Source: an uncultured delta proteobacterium (GTDB taxonomy: Bacteria > Desulfobacterota > Desulfobacteria > Desulfobacterales > Desulfosalsimonadaceae). Taken from it: 64,000 bases of DNA. The notes beneath the pieces were generated by a model. The model saw only the letters and a list, made by a program, of their open reading frames with translations, searched no databases and was not told the DNA's origin. Location of the stretch: NCBI GenBank assembly GCA_963826785.1, contig CAWGYD010000008.1:288001-352000 (forward strand), in the 5' to 3' direction. The translations under genes were made by a program, and so were the position numbers. Of this stretch, positions 8,686-19,780 are shown in pieces (position 1 is the first letter of the stretch; every line of letters starts with the position of its first letter).

Positions 8686-10321
8686 ACGATCATATACCAG
8701 CAGCCCGCCGCAACGGACAGGCCCCGGACGTGCTCCGGCCGGGAAAGACGCCTCCCCATGCGCTGCTTCTCCGATGCCGAAGAAGTCGATTTTGCCATCG
8801 TCGGCACCGGCGCCGGCGGGGGCACCCTGGCCGCAAAACTGGCCCAGTCCGGCTTCTCCGTGGTGGCCTTCGACGCCGGCCCCTTCTGGCGGCCCCTGGA
8901 GGAATTCACCTCGGATGAAAAGTCCCAGCAGAAGCTCTACTGGACCGACGACCGGATCAGCGCCGGAGAAAACCCCATCGAGTTCGGCCGGAACAACAGC
9001 GGTAAAGGCGTGGGCGGCTGCACCGTCCATTTCACCATGGTCTCCCTGCGCTTTCGCCCGGAGTGGTTCAAGGCCAGATCAAAAATGGGGTATGCGGTGG
9101 ACTGGCCCATCACCTGGGAGGAGATGTGGCGATACTACGAAGCGGTGGAGCAGGCATTAAAAATCTCCGGGCCGGTGCAACTACCCCTGGGGCCCGCCCC
9201 GGGGCCGCTACCCCTACCGGCCCCACGAGGTGAATGCCGCCGGACTGGTGCTGGGCCGGGCCGCCGATGCCATGGGAATCGCCTGGGCCCCCACGCCTCT
9301 GGCCACCATCTCCGCCCCCCGGGGGCGCGCCCATCCCTGCGTTTACCGGGGCTTCTGCCAGGTCGGGTGCTCCACCAATGCCAAGCAGAGCATCCTGGTC
9401 ACCCGGATTCCTGCGGCCATCAAAGCCGGGGCGGAGATCCGGGACAAATCCATGGTGGGCCGGATCGAGATCAATGATTCCGGACGGGCCACCGGGGTCA
9501 AGTACCACCGGGACGGCCAGTGGCGCTTTCAAAAAGCCCGTCATGTGGTGGTGGCGGGCTATGCCATCGAGACCCCCCGCCTGCTGCTCAACTCCGCCTG
9601 CCCCCCGTTTCCGGACGGGCTGGCCAACTCCAGCGGCCTGGTGGGCAAAAATCTCATGCCCCAGGCCAACCACGCGGTGTGGGGGATCATGGAAGACGAA
9701 ATCCGCTGGTACAAGGGGCCGCCCACCATGGCCATCACCGAGCACTGGAACTACACCGACACGGGCAAGGATTTTCCCGGGGGCTACTGCTTCCTCAGCC
9801 AGGGGCCGCTGCCCATCGACTGGGCCCACAGCGTGGCGGGCAAGCGGGGGCTTTGGGGGATGGCCCTGCGGGAGCAGATGACCCGGTACAACCACCAGGC
9901 GGGATTGAAGATCGTGGGGGAGGTGCTCCCCCGGGAGGAGAACCGCGTGGAGTTGTCGGACGAAACCGACGCCCTGGGGCTGCCCATCCCCAAGATCACC
10001 TTTTCCTATGGGGAAGAAGACAAACGGCTGCAGGCTCATGCCCTTGATTTCATGCGCCAGGGGCTGGTCGCTGCCGGGGGGAGCGACCTCTGGCACGAAT
10101 CGGGCACCGCCCACCTGCTGGGCACCTGCCGGATGGGAAACAGCCCCTCTTCCAGCGTCACCGATGCCGACGGCCGGACCTGGGATATTCCCAATCTCTG
10201 GATCTGCGACGGATCGCTCTTTCCCACCAGCGGCGGCGTGAACCCGTCATTGACCATCCAGGCCCTGGCCTGCCGCATGGCAGACCGGATTGTGGCCCAA
10301 TCCCGCCGGGGGGAAATTTGA
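8682..10321 (+). CDS. GMC-family FAD oxidoreductase (two frameshifts near 8750 and 9180)
   Basis: IVGTGAGGG, GVGGCTVH, ETPRLLLNS, HLLGTCRMG, DGSLFPTSGGVNPSLTI. Confidence 0.88.
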
Positions 10322-10380
10322 TGGCGCATGCTTTGCAAGGAACATACTCGGAAAGGGGTTTAAATAATTTCTTTTTTGTT

Positions 10381-10592
10381 TTTCGCAGGTCCGACACCCC
10401 CCTTCGCCCCCCTCAAGGGGGGAATTGAGAGGGTGGGGCACCCTTCGAGGGGTGGAATTAAAGGAGGATGTCCCTCGAGGGAGGGAATAAAAGGGGGGTG
10501 CCCTTCGAGGGAGGAAATAAAAGGGGGGTGCCTCGAGGGAGGAAAGAGGGACATCCCTTGAGGGGAGGGGAAAGCGAGATATCCCCTCGCGG
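10381..10592. repeat. Tandem array of about six G-rich ~30-nt palindromic units (second REP-like family)
   Basis: CCCTTCGAGGGAGGAAATAAAAGGGGGGTG-like units with exact 30-nt period at 10441, 10471 and 10501. Confidence 0.8.
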
Positions 10593-10633
10593 ATAATCAC
10601 CCCGCTTATGTTAACTTTTTATAGGAGACATTC

Positions 10634-12389
10634 ATGCCCGGCGCCATGGTCCCCACTGAACGGCTGTATGCCTTTATCGCCGACGGCGAGCGCGGGGCGC
10701 TCATCGACCCTTCCGGCGGCATTTCCTGGATGTGCATGCCCTCCTGGGACGGGGATGCTTTTTTCACATCCCTGCTGGGCGGGGCCGGGATCTACAGCGT
10801 CAGCCCGCAGGAGAGCTATGTCTGGGGCGGCTATTATGAATCCGGCACGCTGGTCTGGCGCAACCGCTGGACCCTGACCGGCGGACCGATTGTCGAATGC
10901 CATGACGCCCTGGCCTTTCCCGGCGATCCGGAAAGGGCGCTGCTGCTGCGGCGACTGAGTGCGGAAAAGGGCGAAGTCAGGATGCGAATCGTCCTGGATA
11001 TCCGGCCCGAATACGGAAAAAAACGCATCCAGAACTGGAAGCAATCGGAACAGGGGATATGGTCCGGCCACCTGGATCCGCTGCAGGTACAGTGGCACGG
11101 CGCAGCGGATGCCCGCTTTTCGAAGGATGAGGGGCTGGTGATGGAAGTCACCCTCGCGGCGGGGCAGCATCATGATCTGCTGCTCGCGCTTTCCTGCCGG
11201 CCCATGAAAGACGAAAAGTTTGATCCGGATGCCCTCTGGAGTTCCACCCGCAGGGCCTGGGAACTGTCCGCACCCAAGCTGGACCGGTGCGCGGGGCAGC
11301 GCGACGCCCTGCATGCCTATGTGGTCCTCCGGGGATTGACCACGAAAAGCGGCGGCATGGCTTCTGCGGCCACCACCTCCCTTCCGGAGCGGAGCGACTC
11401 GGGCCGCAATTACGATTACCGCTACGTCTGGATTCGGGACCAATGCTGGACCGGCCAGGCCATGGCCGCCATCGCACCTGACTTCCTGCTGAGCGAATCC
11501 GTCCGGTTTATCCAGGACCGATTGCTGGAAGACGGGCCGGATCTTCGGCCGGTCTACACCCCATCCGGCGAAAAAGTCCCCGCAGAAAAAGATCTTTCAC
11601 ACCTGCCCGGCTACCCGGGTGGAGCCCAAAATCATCATCGGCAACAAGGCCGGGGAGCAGTTTCAGCTGGATGCCTTCGGCGAGGCGCTTCTGCTCTTTG
11701 CCGCCGCCGCCCGGCACGACACACTGGATGCGATGGGATGGCGGGCGGCGGAAGTCGCGGTGAATGCCATTAAAAATCGCTGGCAGGAAAAGGGGGCCGG
11801 TCTGTGGGAGACTAAACCCCATTGCTGGACCCACAGCCGGCTGATCTGCGCGGCGGGGCTCAAGCAGATCGCCATGAACGGCGCACCGCGCCGGGTGGCT
11901 TCCCAGTGGCTGGCCCTGGCCGAAACCATCCTGGCCGAAACTGCCGGGATGTCCGTCCACCGGTCCGGGTACTGGCAGCGCTCACCCGAAGACGACCGGG
12001 TGGATGCCTCCCTGCTCCTGCCGGTGCTGCGGGGGGCCCTGTACCATAAGGACCCCCGGAGCAAGGCCACCCTGGAAAAGATCGAGCACGACCTGGCCCG
12101 GGACGGCTACTGCTACCGGTTCAAGTCCTCCCTCCCCCTGTCCCGGGCAGAAGGGGCCTTTTCCATCTGCGGGTATTGGCTCTGCCTCACTTACCTCCAG
12201 CAGAAGGATTACACCGAAGCCGTGCGCTGGTTCGAGCGCGCCCGGTCCAGCTGCGGCCCGCCCGGCCTTTATGCCGAAGAATACGATGTCATCCAGCGGG
12301 AGCTGCGGGGCAACCTCCCCCAGGCCTTTGTCCACGCCGTCCTGCTGGAATGCGCCGCGCGTATCGGCCAGGAGATCGGCTACCGATAG
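10634..12389 (+). CDS. Glycoside hydrolase family 15 (trehalase/glucoamylase-like), frameshift near 11620
   Basis: YAFIADGERGAL, TTSLPE, RNYDYRYVWIRD, QLDAFGE, GLYAEEYD, GNLPQAFVH. Confidence 0.9.
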
Positions 12390-12464
12390 ATGTGGCTTCA
12401 AAACCTCATCTAAGGTCCACTGGCTGCGTTGCAGGCTTCCTCAAAATGCTCACATACGCCATAT

Positions 12465-13286
12465 CTAATTCGGATTCAAAATCCCCTTGAACTGATCGCC
12501 CAACCCTTTGAGTTCCTCGCCCTTCTTTTTGAGCTGCTCGGTGGTCTGTTCCAGTTGTTTCTGCTTTTCCATTTTCAACTTGTTAAAATCGATCCCCTTG
12601 GCCTTGAACTGATCCCGGAACCGGGCCATGACCTGGGGAGAGGTGATATTTTCGTAGATGTTCTGGAAAATGATCATCATGACCTGCCGCGGGGTGGTGT
12701 TTTCACCCCCCACATTCTTCATGTGGAGATCGGGCATTGGGGAGGTGACGGACTGGCTCTGGCCGAGCACCGAGACGGACATGTTCACCGTCCCCCCGGT
12801 CATGGCAAAATCCCGGATCAACAGGCTTTTCCCTTTTTTCTCCGGGGCGGGCGCGGGGGCCTGGGGCTCAGAAGGCTTGGACGGGCCCGCGGCGGTTTTG
12901 ATGTTGTTGATAATCGCCCGGAAATTGTCCGTCTTTCCTTTCAGCTCATAGGAGATCACCGGCTTTTGGATTTCAATCCTGTCGATGATGATGGTATCGC
13001 CGGCCAGGCTTTTCTCGTCCACATCGACGGTCACAGCATTCACGCTCAGGGCATTCTGGTCTGAAAATCCCCGGGGATTTCCCATGACGAAATCATTTAG
13101 CCGGGCCTCGCCGGTGAACAGGGATACATTCACATTCGCCACACTGACATCGGTTTGGGTCATGGAAGGCAGGTAGGTGTTCACCGCAGTTTTAATGATG
13201 GGCCCCAGATTTGAAATACCGATCACCAGGACAATGATCAGGATCAACAGGACAGCTCCGAGGCCGATGACAAGCCACTTTCTCAT
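12465..13286 (-). CDS. AsmA-like N-anchored periplasmic protein
   Basis: N-terminal TM, GNPRGFS, IIIDRIEI, GKSLLIRDF. Confidence 0.65.
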   Translation of the reverse strand: MRKWLVIGLGAVLLILIIVLVIGISNLGPIIKTAVNTYLPSMTQTDVSVANVNVSLFTGEARLNDFVMGNPRGFSDQNALSVNAVTVDVDEKSLAGDTIIIDRIEIQKPVISYELKGKTDNFRAIINNIKTAAGPSKPSEPQAPAPAPEKKGKSLLIRDFAMTGGTVNMSVSVLGQSQSVTSPMPDLHMKNVGGENTTPRQVMMIIFQNIYENITSPQVMARFRDQFKAKGIDFNKLKMEKQKQLEQTTEQLKKKGEELKGLGDQFKGILNPN

Positions 13287-13358
13287 GCAGTTCCTCCTTT
13301 CAGGTGATATGGATTTGCAGAAGCAAAGGCATCCTGGATGCTTATTTATAGACGGACC

Positions 13359-14645
13359 CTAAACGGCTGCCAGGGCCTGCTCCAGGTCGGCAATGATATC
13401 GTCGATGTGCTCGATGCCCACCGACAGCCGGATCAGATCCGGGGGAAGGCCGCCGGCGATCTGCTGTTCGGGGGAGAGCTGGGAATGGGTGGTGGAAGAG
13501 GGATGCAGGGCCAGGCTCTTGGCATCCCCCACATTGGCCAGGTGGGAAATCAGGTTGAGATTTTCGATAAACTGCCGTCCGGCATCCGGCGTCCCCTCGA
13601 TCCCGAACACCACCATGGCGCCAAACCCCTTCTTCAGGTACTTTGCGGCAATTGCGTGCGACGGGTCGTCCGGCAGCCCGGGATACCGGACCCAGGCCGC
13701 TTTGGGATGTTCCTTTAAGAACTGGGCCACTTTCATGGCATTCTGGCAGTGCCGCTCCATGCGCAAAGGGAGCGTCTCCATTCCCTGGAGGAACAGCCAG
13801 GCATTGTCCGGCGACATGCAGGCCCCCAGGTTCCGCAGGGGCACCAGGCGCATGCGCACGATAAAGGCGATGTCGTTGTTCTCCCCCAGATCGTGGGCGA
13901 ACCGGAGATCGAAATTGCTGGGGTCCGGGATATTGAAATACTTGAATTTCGGATCGGTCCAATCGAAGGTTCCGGCGTCCACCACCACCCCGCCGATGCC
14001 GGTGCCGTGTCCGCCGATCCACTTGGTCACCGAATTGACCACCACGTCGGCGCCGTGCTCGATGGCCCGCAGCAAATAGGGGGTGGTGAAGGTGGCGTCC
14101 ACGATCAGCGGCAGGTGGTGCTTTTTCGCGATCTTCGATACCGCATCGATGTCGGCCACGTCCAGGGCGGGGTTTCCGATGGTCTCCATGAAAATGGCCC
14201 GGGTCTTTGATGTCACGGCCGCATCGAAATTTTTCGGATCTCTCGGGTCCACGAATTTCACCTGGATGTCGAACTGGGGCAGGATGTCATGAAACATGGT
14301 ATAGGTGCCGCCATACAGGTTGCTGGCGGACACGATCTCGTCGCCGGCGCCGCAGATGGTGATGATGGAATAGTAAATGGCGGCCGTACCCGAGGAAAGG
14401 GCCAGGGCGGCTGCCCCGCCCTCCAGTGCGGCCAGTCGCTTTTCCAGTGCATCATGGGTGGGGTTCATGATCCGGGAATAGATGTTTCCCGCTTGCTGGT
14501 GCGAAAACAGGCCGGCGGCATGCTCCGTGCTTTTAAACGTAAAGGAAGTGGTCCGGTGGATGGGAATCGCCCGGGAACGGGTCACCGGGTCGGGCGCATA
14601 CCCGGCATGCAGGCACAGGGTTTCAAAGTGGAGTTTTCGGGTCAT
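13359..14645 (-). CDS. metY: O-acetylhomoserine aminocarboxypropyltransferase (sulfhydrylase)
   Basis: GNIYSRIMNPT, LYGGT, SVTKWIGGHG, LANVGDAKSL; start reassigned to MTRKLHF. Confidence 0.92.
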   Translation of the reverse strand: MTRKLHFETLCLHAGYAPDPVTRSRAIPIHRTTSFTFKSTEHAAGLFSHQQAGNIYSRIMNPTHDALEKRLAALEGGAAALALSSGTAAIYYSIITICGAGDEIVSASNLYGGTYTMFHDILPQFDIQVKFVDPRDPKNFDAAVTSKTRAIFMETIGNPALDVADIDAVSKIAKKHHLPLIVDATFTTPYLLRAIEHGADVVVNSVTKWIGGHGTGIGGVVVDAGTFDWTDPKFKYFNIPDPSNFDLRFAHDLGENNDIAFIVRMRLVPLRNLGACMSPDNAWLFLQGMETLPLRMERHCQNAMKVAQFLKEHPKAAWVRYPGLPDDPSHAIAAKYLKKGFGAMVVFGIEGTPDAGRQFIENLNLISHLANVGDAKSLALHPSSTTHSQLSPEQQIAGGLPPDLIRLSVGIEHIDDIIADLEQALAAV

Positions 14646-14688
14646 GGCGTCCTCCAGAATGGATTCAGAATTTATGATGATCGGAGGA

Positions 14689-15618
14689 TCAGTCTTCCTT
14701 CCTGAACAGCTCCGTACTGATATACCGCTCCCCCGTGCTGGGCAACAGGGTGACGATCCTTTTGCCGGCAGATTCCGGCCGTTTTGCCACCTGCAGCGCG
14801 GCGGCCACGGCCGCCCCCGAGGAAATGCCGCAGAGCAGCCCTTCCTTTTCCGCAAGCTTCCGGGCCATGTCAAACGCCTGGTCATTGGTGACGGTGACCA
14901 CCTCGTCGATGACCGACCGGTCCAGCACCTCGGGCACAAACCCCGCCCCGATGCCCTGGATTTTGTGAGGTCCGGGCTTGCCGCCGGAGAGCACCGGCGA
15001 TTCCGCCGGCTCCACGGCAATGGCCTTGAATGTGTTCTTCCGGCTCTTGATCACCTGGGCCACGCCGGTGATGGTGCCGCCGGTGCCCACGCCGGCCACG
15101 AATATATCCACCGTCCCTTCCGTGTCCCGCCAGATCTCCTCCGCGGTGGTGATGCGATGAACGGCCGGGTTGGCCGGGTTGGCGAACTGGTCCGGCATGA
15201 AGGCATCTTTTTGTTCCGCAAGCATCTCCCTGGCCGTGTCAATGGCGCCTTTCATGCCCTGCTCCCCCCGGGTCAGCACCAGGTCCGCGCCCAGATGGCG
15301 CAACAGTTTCTTGCGCTCCATGCTCATGGTTTCGGGCATGGTCAGGCGGAGCCGGTATCCTTTGGCCGCGCACACGAAGGCAAGGGCGATGCCGGTATTG
15401 CCGCTGGTGGGTTCGATGATCAGTGTGCCGGGGTGGATGCGCCCCTGCTTTTCCGCCGCTTCGATCATGGACACGGCGATGCGGTCCTTGACACTTCCCA
15501 GCGGGTTGAAATATTCCAGCTTGGCATAAATCTCGGCGTCGATCCCCTCGGTGATCCGATTGAGCCGGACCATGGGGGTCAATCCGATGGTATGGGCGAT
15601 ATTGGAATAATATTTCAT
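14689..15618 (-). CDS. cysK: Cysteine synthase A
   Basis: [31 protein letters not shown]. Confidence 0.96.
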   Translation of the reverse strand: MKYYSNIAHTIGLTPMVRLNRITEGIDAEIYAKLEYFNPLGSVKDRIAVSMIEAAEKQGRIHPGTLIIEPTSGNTGIALAFVCAAKGYRLRLTMPETMSMERKKLLRHLGADLVLTRGEQGMKGAIDTAREMLAEQKDAFMPDQFANPANPAVHRITTAEEIWRDTEGTVDIFVAGVGTGGTITGVAQVIKSRKNTFKAIAVEPAESPVLSGGKPGPHKIQGIGAGFVPEVLDRSVIDEVVTVTNDQAFDMARKLAEKEGLLCGISSGAAVAAALQVAKRPESAGKRIVTLLPSTGERYISTELFRKED

Positions 15619-15658
15619 CGTCGTATTCCTTTATTTGAATAACCTGACTCCGATTTCC

Positions 15659-16612
15659 TTATGTTTTCCGGTACTTTAATTTGGGGGTCTCGCCGATCAC
15701 GGTGGTATCCGGGGGAACCGATTCGGTCACCCAGACATTGCCGCCGATGACGCAGCGTGTGCCGATAGTGGTTTCGCCGCCCAGGATAGTGGCGCCGGAA
15801 TAGATCACCACGTCATCCTCGATGGTGGGATGCCGTTTTAGACCCCGCATCTGTTCGCACTGATCGGAAGGCACCGACAGGGCGCCGATGGTCACCCCCT
15901 GGTAGAGGCGGACATTTTTGCCGATGATGGAGGTCTCGCCGATCACCACGCCGGTGCCGTGGTCGATGAAAAACCGCGGGCCGATCGTCGCCCCCGGATG
16001 GATGTCGATGCCGGTCAGGCTGTGGGAAAATTCGGTCATCATCCGGGGGATCAGCGGGACTTCCAGTTCAAACAGCCGGTGGGCGATCCGATAGACGGTG
16101 ATGGCGAACATGCCCGGATAGCTGAAGATGACCTCGTCATGGCTCTTGGCTGCCGGGTCCCCTTCGTAGCCGGCATCGATGTCCGTGGAGAGCATCTTCT
16201 GGAGGGCCGGGACCGATTCCAGAAAAGCCAGGGCGATCTGATACCCCCGCTCCATGCAGTCGGTGCAGGGGCGTTCATACTTGAAGCATTCATACCGGAT
16301 GGCCCTGGACACCTGGTCGGACAACAGGTCGAACAGGGTGGAAACCTGCTGGCCCAGGGTATACTTGAGGTTGACCGGATCGAGCTTGTCCCGGTTGAAA
16401 TACCCTGGAAACAGGATCTCCCGGGCCTTGTCGAGAATGGCAAACACCGATTCCCGGGAAGGGGTGGGTTCATAGTCGATATGGGTGAAATTCTTGTCCT
16501 GGGTGCATCCGGCCAGGATGTCATCCACCACCCGGGGAAGTTTTTCCCGGAAATCGGTGTATGATTCGGCCTCGGTCCGGCATTTGGAAATGTCAGTTTT
16601 TCTTGCGTCCAT
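15659..16612 (-). CDS. cysE: Serine O-acetyltransferase (EpsC/CysE type)
   Basis: GDPAA, TGIDIHPGATIG, IDHGTGVVIGET, KRHPT. Confidence 0.93.
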   Translation of the reverse strand: MDARKTDISKCRTEAESYTDFREKLPRVVDDILAGCTQDKNFTHIDYEPTPSRESVFAILDKAREILFPGYFNRDKLDPVNLKYTLGQQVSTLFDLLSDQVSRAIRYECFKYERPCTDCMERGYQIALAFLESVPALQKMLSTDIDAGYEGDPAAKSHDEVIFSYPGMFAITVYRIAHRLFELEVPLIPRMMTEFSHSLTGIDIHPGATIGPRFFIDHGTGVVIGETSIIGKNVRLYQGVTIGALSVPSDQCEQMRGLKRHPTIEDDVVIYSGATILGGETTIGTRCVIGGNVWVTESVPPDTTVIGETPKLKYRKT

Positions 16613-16865
16613 GCGATTTGCTCCATTTCCAATGGAACATCATGATTATGAAATTATCCCAACATTATATTCCGTAAAAATCCATTTTTCCTTATCGTCA
16701 TTCCGGCGAGGCCGATATTCCAATTGGTTATTACTCCGGTATTCCCGGAGTGACGAACTCCGGTTTTTACGGGTTCCAGCATTCCAGCATTCCATTCCAG
16801 TATTCCATTGCTCCCTTTGATGCTGCGACTGCCCTCGCCGGTATCGCGTATTCGGGTTCTGACGC

Positions 16866-18035
16866 TTACTGCACCGCGCAGGCCGATTTCCAGAAGGGGG
16901 ACATCTGCCGGAGCCGTTCGATAATGGCCGGCAGCTGCTCCACCACGAAATCGACCTCTTCTGCGGTGTTGTAAGTGCTCAGGGAAAACCGGATGGAGCC
17001 GTGGGCCGCAGTGTACGGTACGCCCATGGCCCTCAGCACGTGGGAGGGCTCCAGCGATCCCGAGGTGCAGGCGGACCCGGAAGAAGCGCAGATCCCGAAC
17101 TGGTCCATCATCAAAAGGATGGCTTCCCCTTCGATATATTCGAAGCTGATATTGGTGGTGTTGGGCAGCCGGCTTTCCGGTTCACCGTTTAAAATGGTCT
17201 TTTCCACGCCGGTCAGAATTCCGGTTTCCAGGCGGTCCCGCAGCTTTCCCACCCGTTCCATCCCCGGCAGGTGCAGCGCCGCCAATTCCGCGGCCTTGCC
17301 CATGCCGATGATGGATGCGGAATTTTCAGTACCGCCCCGCCGGCCCCTTTCCTGGTGGCCGCCGATCATGAAGGGCGAGAACTTGGTCCCCTTTCTCACA
17401 TAGAGGGCCCCCACACCTTTTGGCGCATGGATCTTGTGGCCGGACATGGAGAGCATGTTCACGTTCGCATCGGCGACATCCACCGGGATCTTCCCCACCG
17501 CCTGGACCGCATCTGTGTGAAAGACGATGCCGCGCTCCCGGATGATTTTCGCCAGTTTTGCAATGGGGTATATCACTCCGGTTTCGTTGTTGGCCCACAT
17601 GATGCTGACCACGGCCGTATCGTCGCTCAAATGGTCCACCAGGTAATCCGTATCCAGGTTTCCCCGGCGGTCCACCGGCACCCAGGAAATCCGGTAGCCG
17701 TTCTTGGCCAGGTGCTCATACAGGTTTTTGATCGCCGGGTGCTCCACCCGGGTGGTGATGATGTGCTTTTTCTCCGGCTGGGACCGGATGGCCGCCCAGA
17801 TGGCCGTGGAGTCACTTTCCGTTCCGCATCCCGTGAAAATGATCTCTTCGGGGGACGCATGGATCAGGGCGGCGACTTTTTCCCGGGCTTCGGCAATTTT
17901 TTTTCCCACCATGCCGCCGAAGGCGTGCATACTGGAAGGGTTGCCGTAGTATTCGGTAAAAAAGGGCTGCATCTCCTGGAGCACTTCCGGTGCCACCCGG
18001 GTGGTGGCGTTGTTGTCCATGTAGATCACGTTCAT
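16866..18035 (-). CDS. nifS: Cysteine desulfurase
   Basis: YMDNNATT, HTDAVQ, SGHKIH, SSGSACTS; follows nifU. Confidence 0.95.
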   Translation of the reverse strand: MNVIYMDNNATTRVAPEVLQEMQPFFTEYYGNPSSMHAFGGMVGKKIAEAREKVAALIHASPEEIIFTGCGTESDSTAIWAAIRSQPEKKHIITTRVEHPAIKNLYEHLAKNGYRISWVPVDRRGNLDTDYLVDHLSDDTAVVSIMWANNETGVIYPIAKLAKIIRERGIVFHTDAVQAVGKIPVDVADANVNMLSMSGHKIHAPKGVGALYVRKGTKFSPFMIGGHQERGRRGGTENSASIIGMGKAAELAALHLPGMERVGKLRDRLETGILTGVEKTILNGEPESRLPNTTNISFEYIEGEAILLMMDQFGICASSGSACTSGSLEPSHVLRAMGVPYTAAHGSIRFSLSTYNTAEEVDFVVEQLPAIIERLRQMSPFWKSACAVQ

Positions 18036-18859
18036 GCGGCCTCCTCCACCACCAGTTCCGGTGTGACCATCTCACGCAGTTTGGCCTCCACGTAGTTTTT
18101 CAACGTCAGCCCCGAAGCCGCGCAGGTGGCGCAGGTGCCGATGAGCTTGACAAATACCCGGTTGCCGTCCACATCCACCAGTTCGATGCTGCCGCCGTCC
18201 TTCTGCAGGGCCGGCTTGATTTCACGCTCCAGGGTGTCTTCGATCATCTTGATCTTCTGGATGTTCGTCAGCCCCTTGGGTTTTGCCGGTTCGATGCCGG
18301 CCTTCTGGTAGACCGAATTGATGATCTGCTCGATATCGTCGTGGCATTTGCCGCAGCCGCCGCCGGCCTTTATGTAATTGGTGACATCATCGATGCTCTT
18401 GAGCCGGTTTTCCCGGACCGCCGCCTCGATCTGCTTGTCGGTGACCCCGAAGCACTCGCATACCACCCGGCCCTCCTGAGGCTGCAGGTCCCCGCCCCGA
18501 TAATTCTGGATGGCCACCTTGAGGGCGTCTTTTCCCATCACCGAGCAGTGCATCTTTTCCTTGGGCAGTCCGCCGAGGTACTCGGCGATGTCGTCATTGG
18601 TAATCTTTTCGGCTTCCTCCAGGGATTTGCCCCGGAGTATCTCCGTCAGCGCCGATGAAGAGGCAATGGCGCTGGCGCATCCGAATGTCTGGAACCGGGC
18701 ATCGACGATCTTCTTGTTCTCGTCGAGCTTGAGATAGAGTTTCAGTGCGTCCCCGCAGGCCATGGAGCCGACCTCGCCCACGGCATCCGCGTCCTCGATC
18801 TCACCGACATTCCTGGGATTTAAAAAATGATCTTTGACCTTGTCCGTGTATTCCCACAT
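18032..18859 (-). CDS. nifU: Fe-S cluster scaffold NifU (three domains)
   Basis: ACGD, FGCASA, KMHCS; CECF..GGGCGKC; DGG..GTCATC. Confidence 0.95.
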   Translation of the reverse strand: MWEYTDKVKDHFLNPRNVGEIEDADAVGEVGSMACGDALKLYLKLDENKKIVDARFQTFGCASAIASSSALTEILRGKSLEEAEKITNDDIAEYLGGLPKEKMHCSVMGKDALKVAIQNYRGGDLQPQEGRVVCECFGVTDKQIEAAVRENRLKSIDDVTNYIKAGGGCGKCHDDIEQIINSVYQKAGIEPAKPKGLTNIQKIKMIEDTLEREIKPALQKDGGSIELVDVDGNRVFVKLIGTCATCAASGLTLKNYVEAKLREMVTPELVVEEAA

Positions 18860-19059
18860 TTTTCCGGTCTCCTCTGGATATCGCTTTATAATCCGCTGCC
18901 CACTTTGTATGGAGCGGATTGAAAATTTGTTTTTAATACTCTCATAATAATCATATTGATTTAAATATCAAAGTCTTTTTTAAACACCGGTCCGAATCAA
19001 TCGTTGAATCGGCGGCTGTTTTCAGTGATATATAGCTATCACATCGTGATACCTGTTTT

Positions 19060-19566
19060 TTACTCGCCATCCAGCAGGGAAATATTTTCATCTGCAATGG
19101 CCAGGCTGACCCTTGTGCAGGCGGCAGCCAGTTCGGAGGCGGCGGTGGCATCGGTCCGGGCCGGCGGGTGGCACAGGGGGCGGATTTGGCGGATGAGTTG
19201 CATCATGCGCAATCCATGCCGGCAGATTAAAAGCGAAACTTCCATCAGCTTCTGTTTTTCCCGGGACCCTCCGCCCGCATTCAACGGCCCGGACCTGAGG
19301 CCGGCGATGTATCGGTTATAGGCAAAAACATCGGCTTCCATGAGGGCCAGGCACTGATTTCGAATTTGATCGAATTCTTCGGCGGCCTGCAGGAGTCGCG
19401 GCCTGGTTTCAGAAGTTTTTATGTATTTTACAGAAACGCGGCAGACAAAAGATCCCAGGGCGGCAGCCGTCGCACCGGTCAGGGCCGATGCACTTCCGGC
19501 GGCGGGAACCGCGGGGGACGGGGCGGCAATCATTTCCAGCAGATGGGTGAAGGGTTCTGATTTCAT
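19060..19566 (-). CDS. Cyclodeaminase/cyclohydrolase (FTCD_C) family protein, divergent
   Basis: AAPSPAVPAAGSASALTGATAAAL resembles the family N-terminal motif. Confidence 0.6.
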   Translation of the reverse strand: MKSEPFTHLLEMIAAPSPAVPAAGSASALTGATAAALGSFVCRVSVKYIKTSETRPRLLQAAEEFDQIRNQCLALMEADVFAYNRYIAGLRSGPLNAGGGSREKQKLMEVSLLICRHGLRMMQLIRQIRPLCHPPARTDATAASELAAACTRVSLAIADENISLLDGE

Positions 19567-19577
19567 GTTTAAACCCC

Positions 19578-19757
19578 TTATCCAGATAACGCCAGTCTTG
19601 ATTATTGGTGACAGTTCTCCCCACTTTCGGAAGGGAGGCGGGAGATTTAAGATTCCGGCGTGTCAAATCCCCCTGAATCCCCCTTTTCTAAGGGGGACTT
19701 ATATCAAAATTTACCAAGCACTTGCTTTTGCTGAATAAACTGGAGTTATCCGGATAA
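19578..19757. mobile_element. MITE-like element with terminal inverted repeats and internal CCCCCTTTT..AAGGGGG hairpins
   Basis: TTATCCAGATAACGCCAGT / ACTGGAGTTATCCGGATAA, 17 of 19 complementary. Confidence 0.55.
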
Positions 19758-19780
19758 CCCGAAAAATTTATCCGGGTTGC

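Noticed and set aside
10381..10592. Possible CRISPR array
   Set aside because: Units are contiguous and degenerate with no unique spacers, and no cas genes are present
14646..15020. N-terminal extension of metY in the ORF track (similarly ORFs 25669..27273, 24606..25733 and 7954..8685)
   Set aside because: The extensions overlap neighbouring genes or terminators; family-like sequence starts at downstream start codons
16774..16815. Short (C/T)ATTCCAG tandem repeats between cysE and nifS
   Set aside because: Only about five degenerate units with no supportable function
18956..18971. TTGAT-N6-ATCAA upstream of nifU as an FNR/HcpR box
   Set aside because: The spacer is 6 nt rather than 4 and the region is AT-rich, so a chance match is plausible
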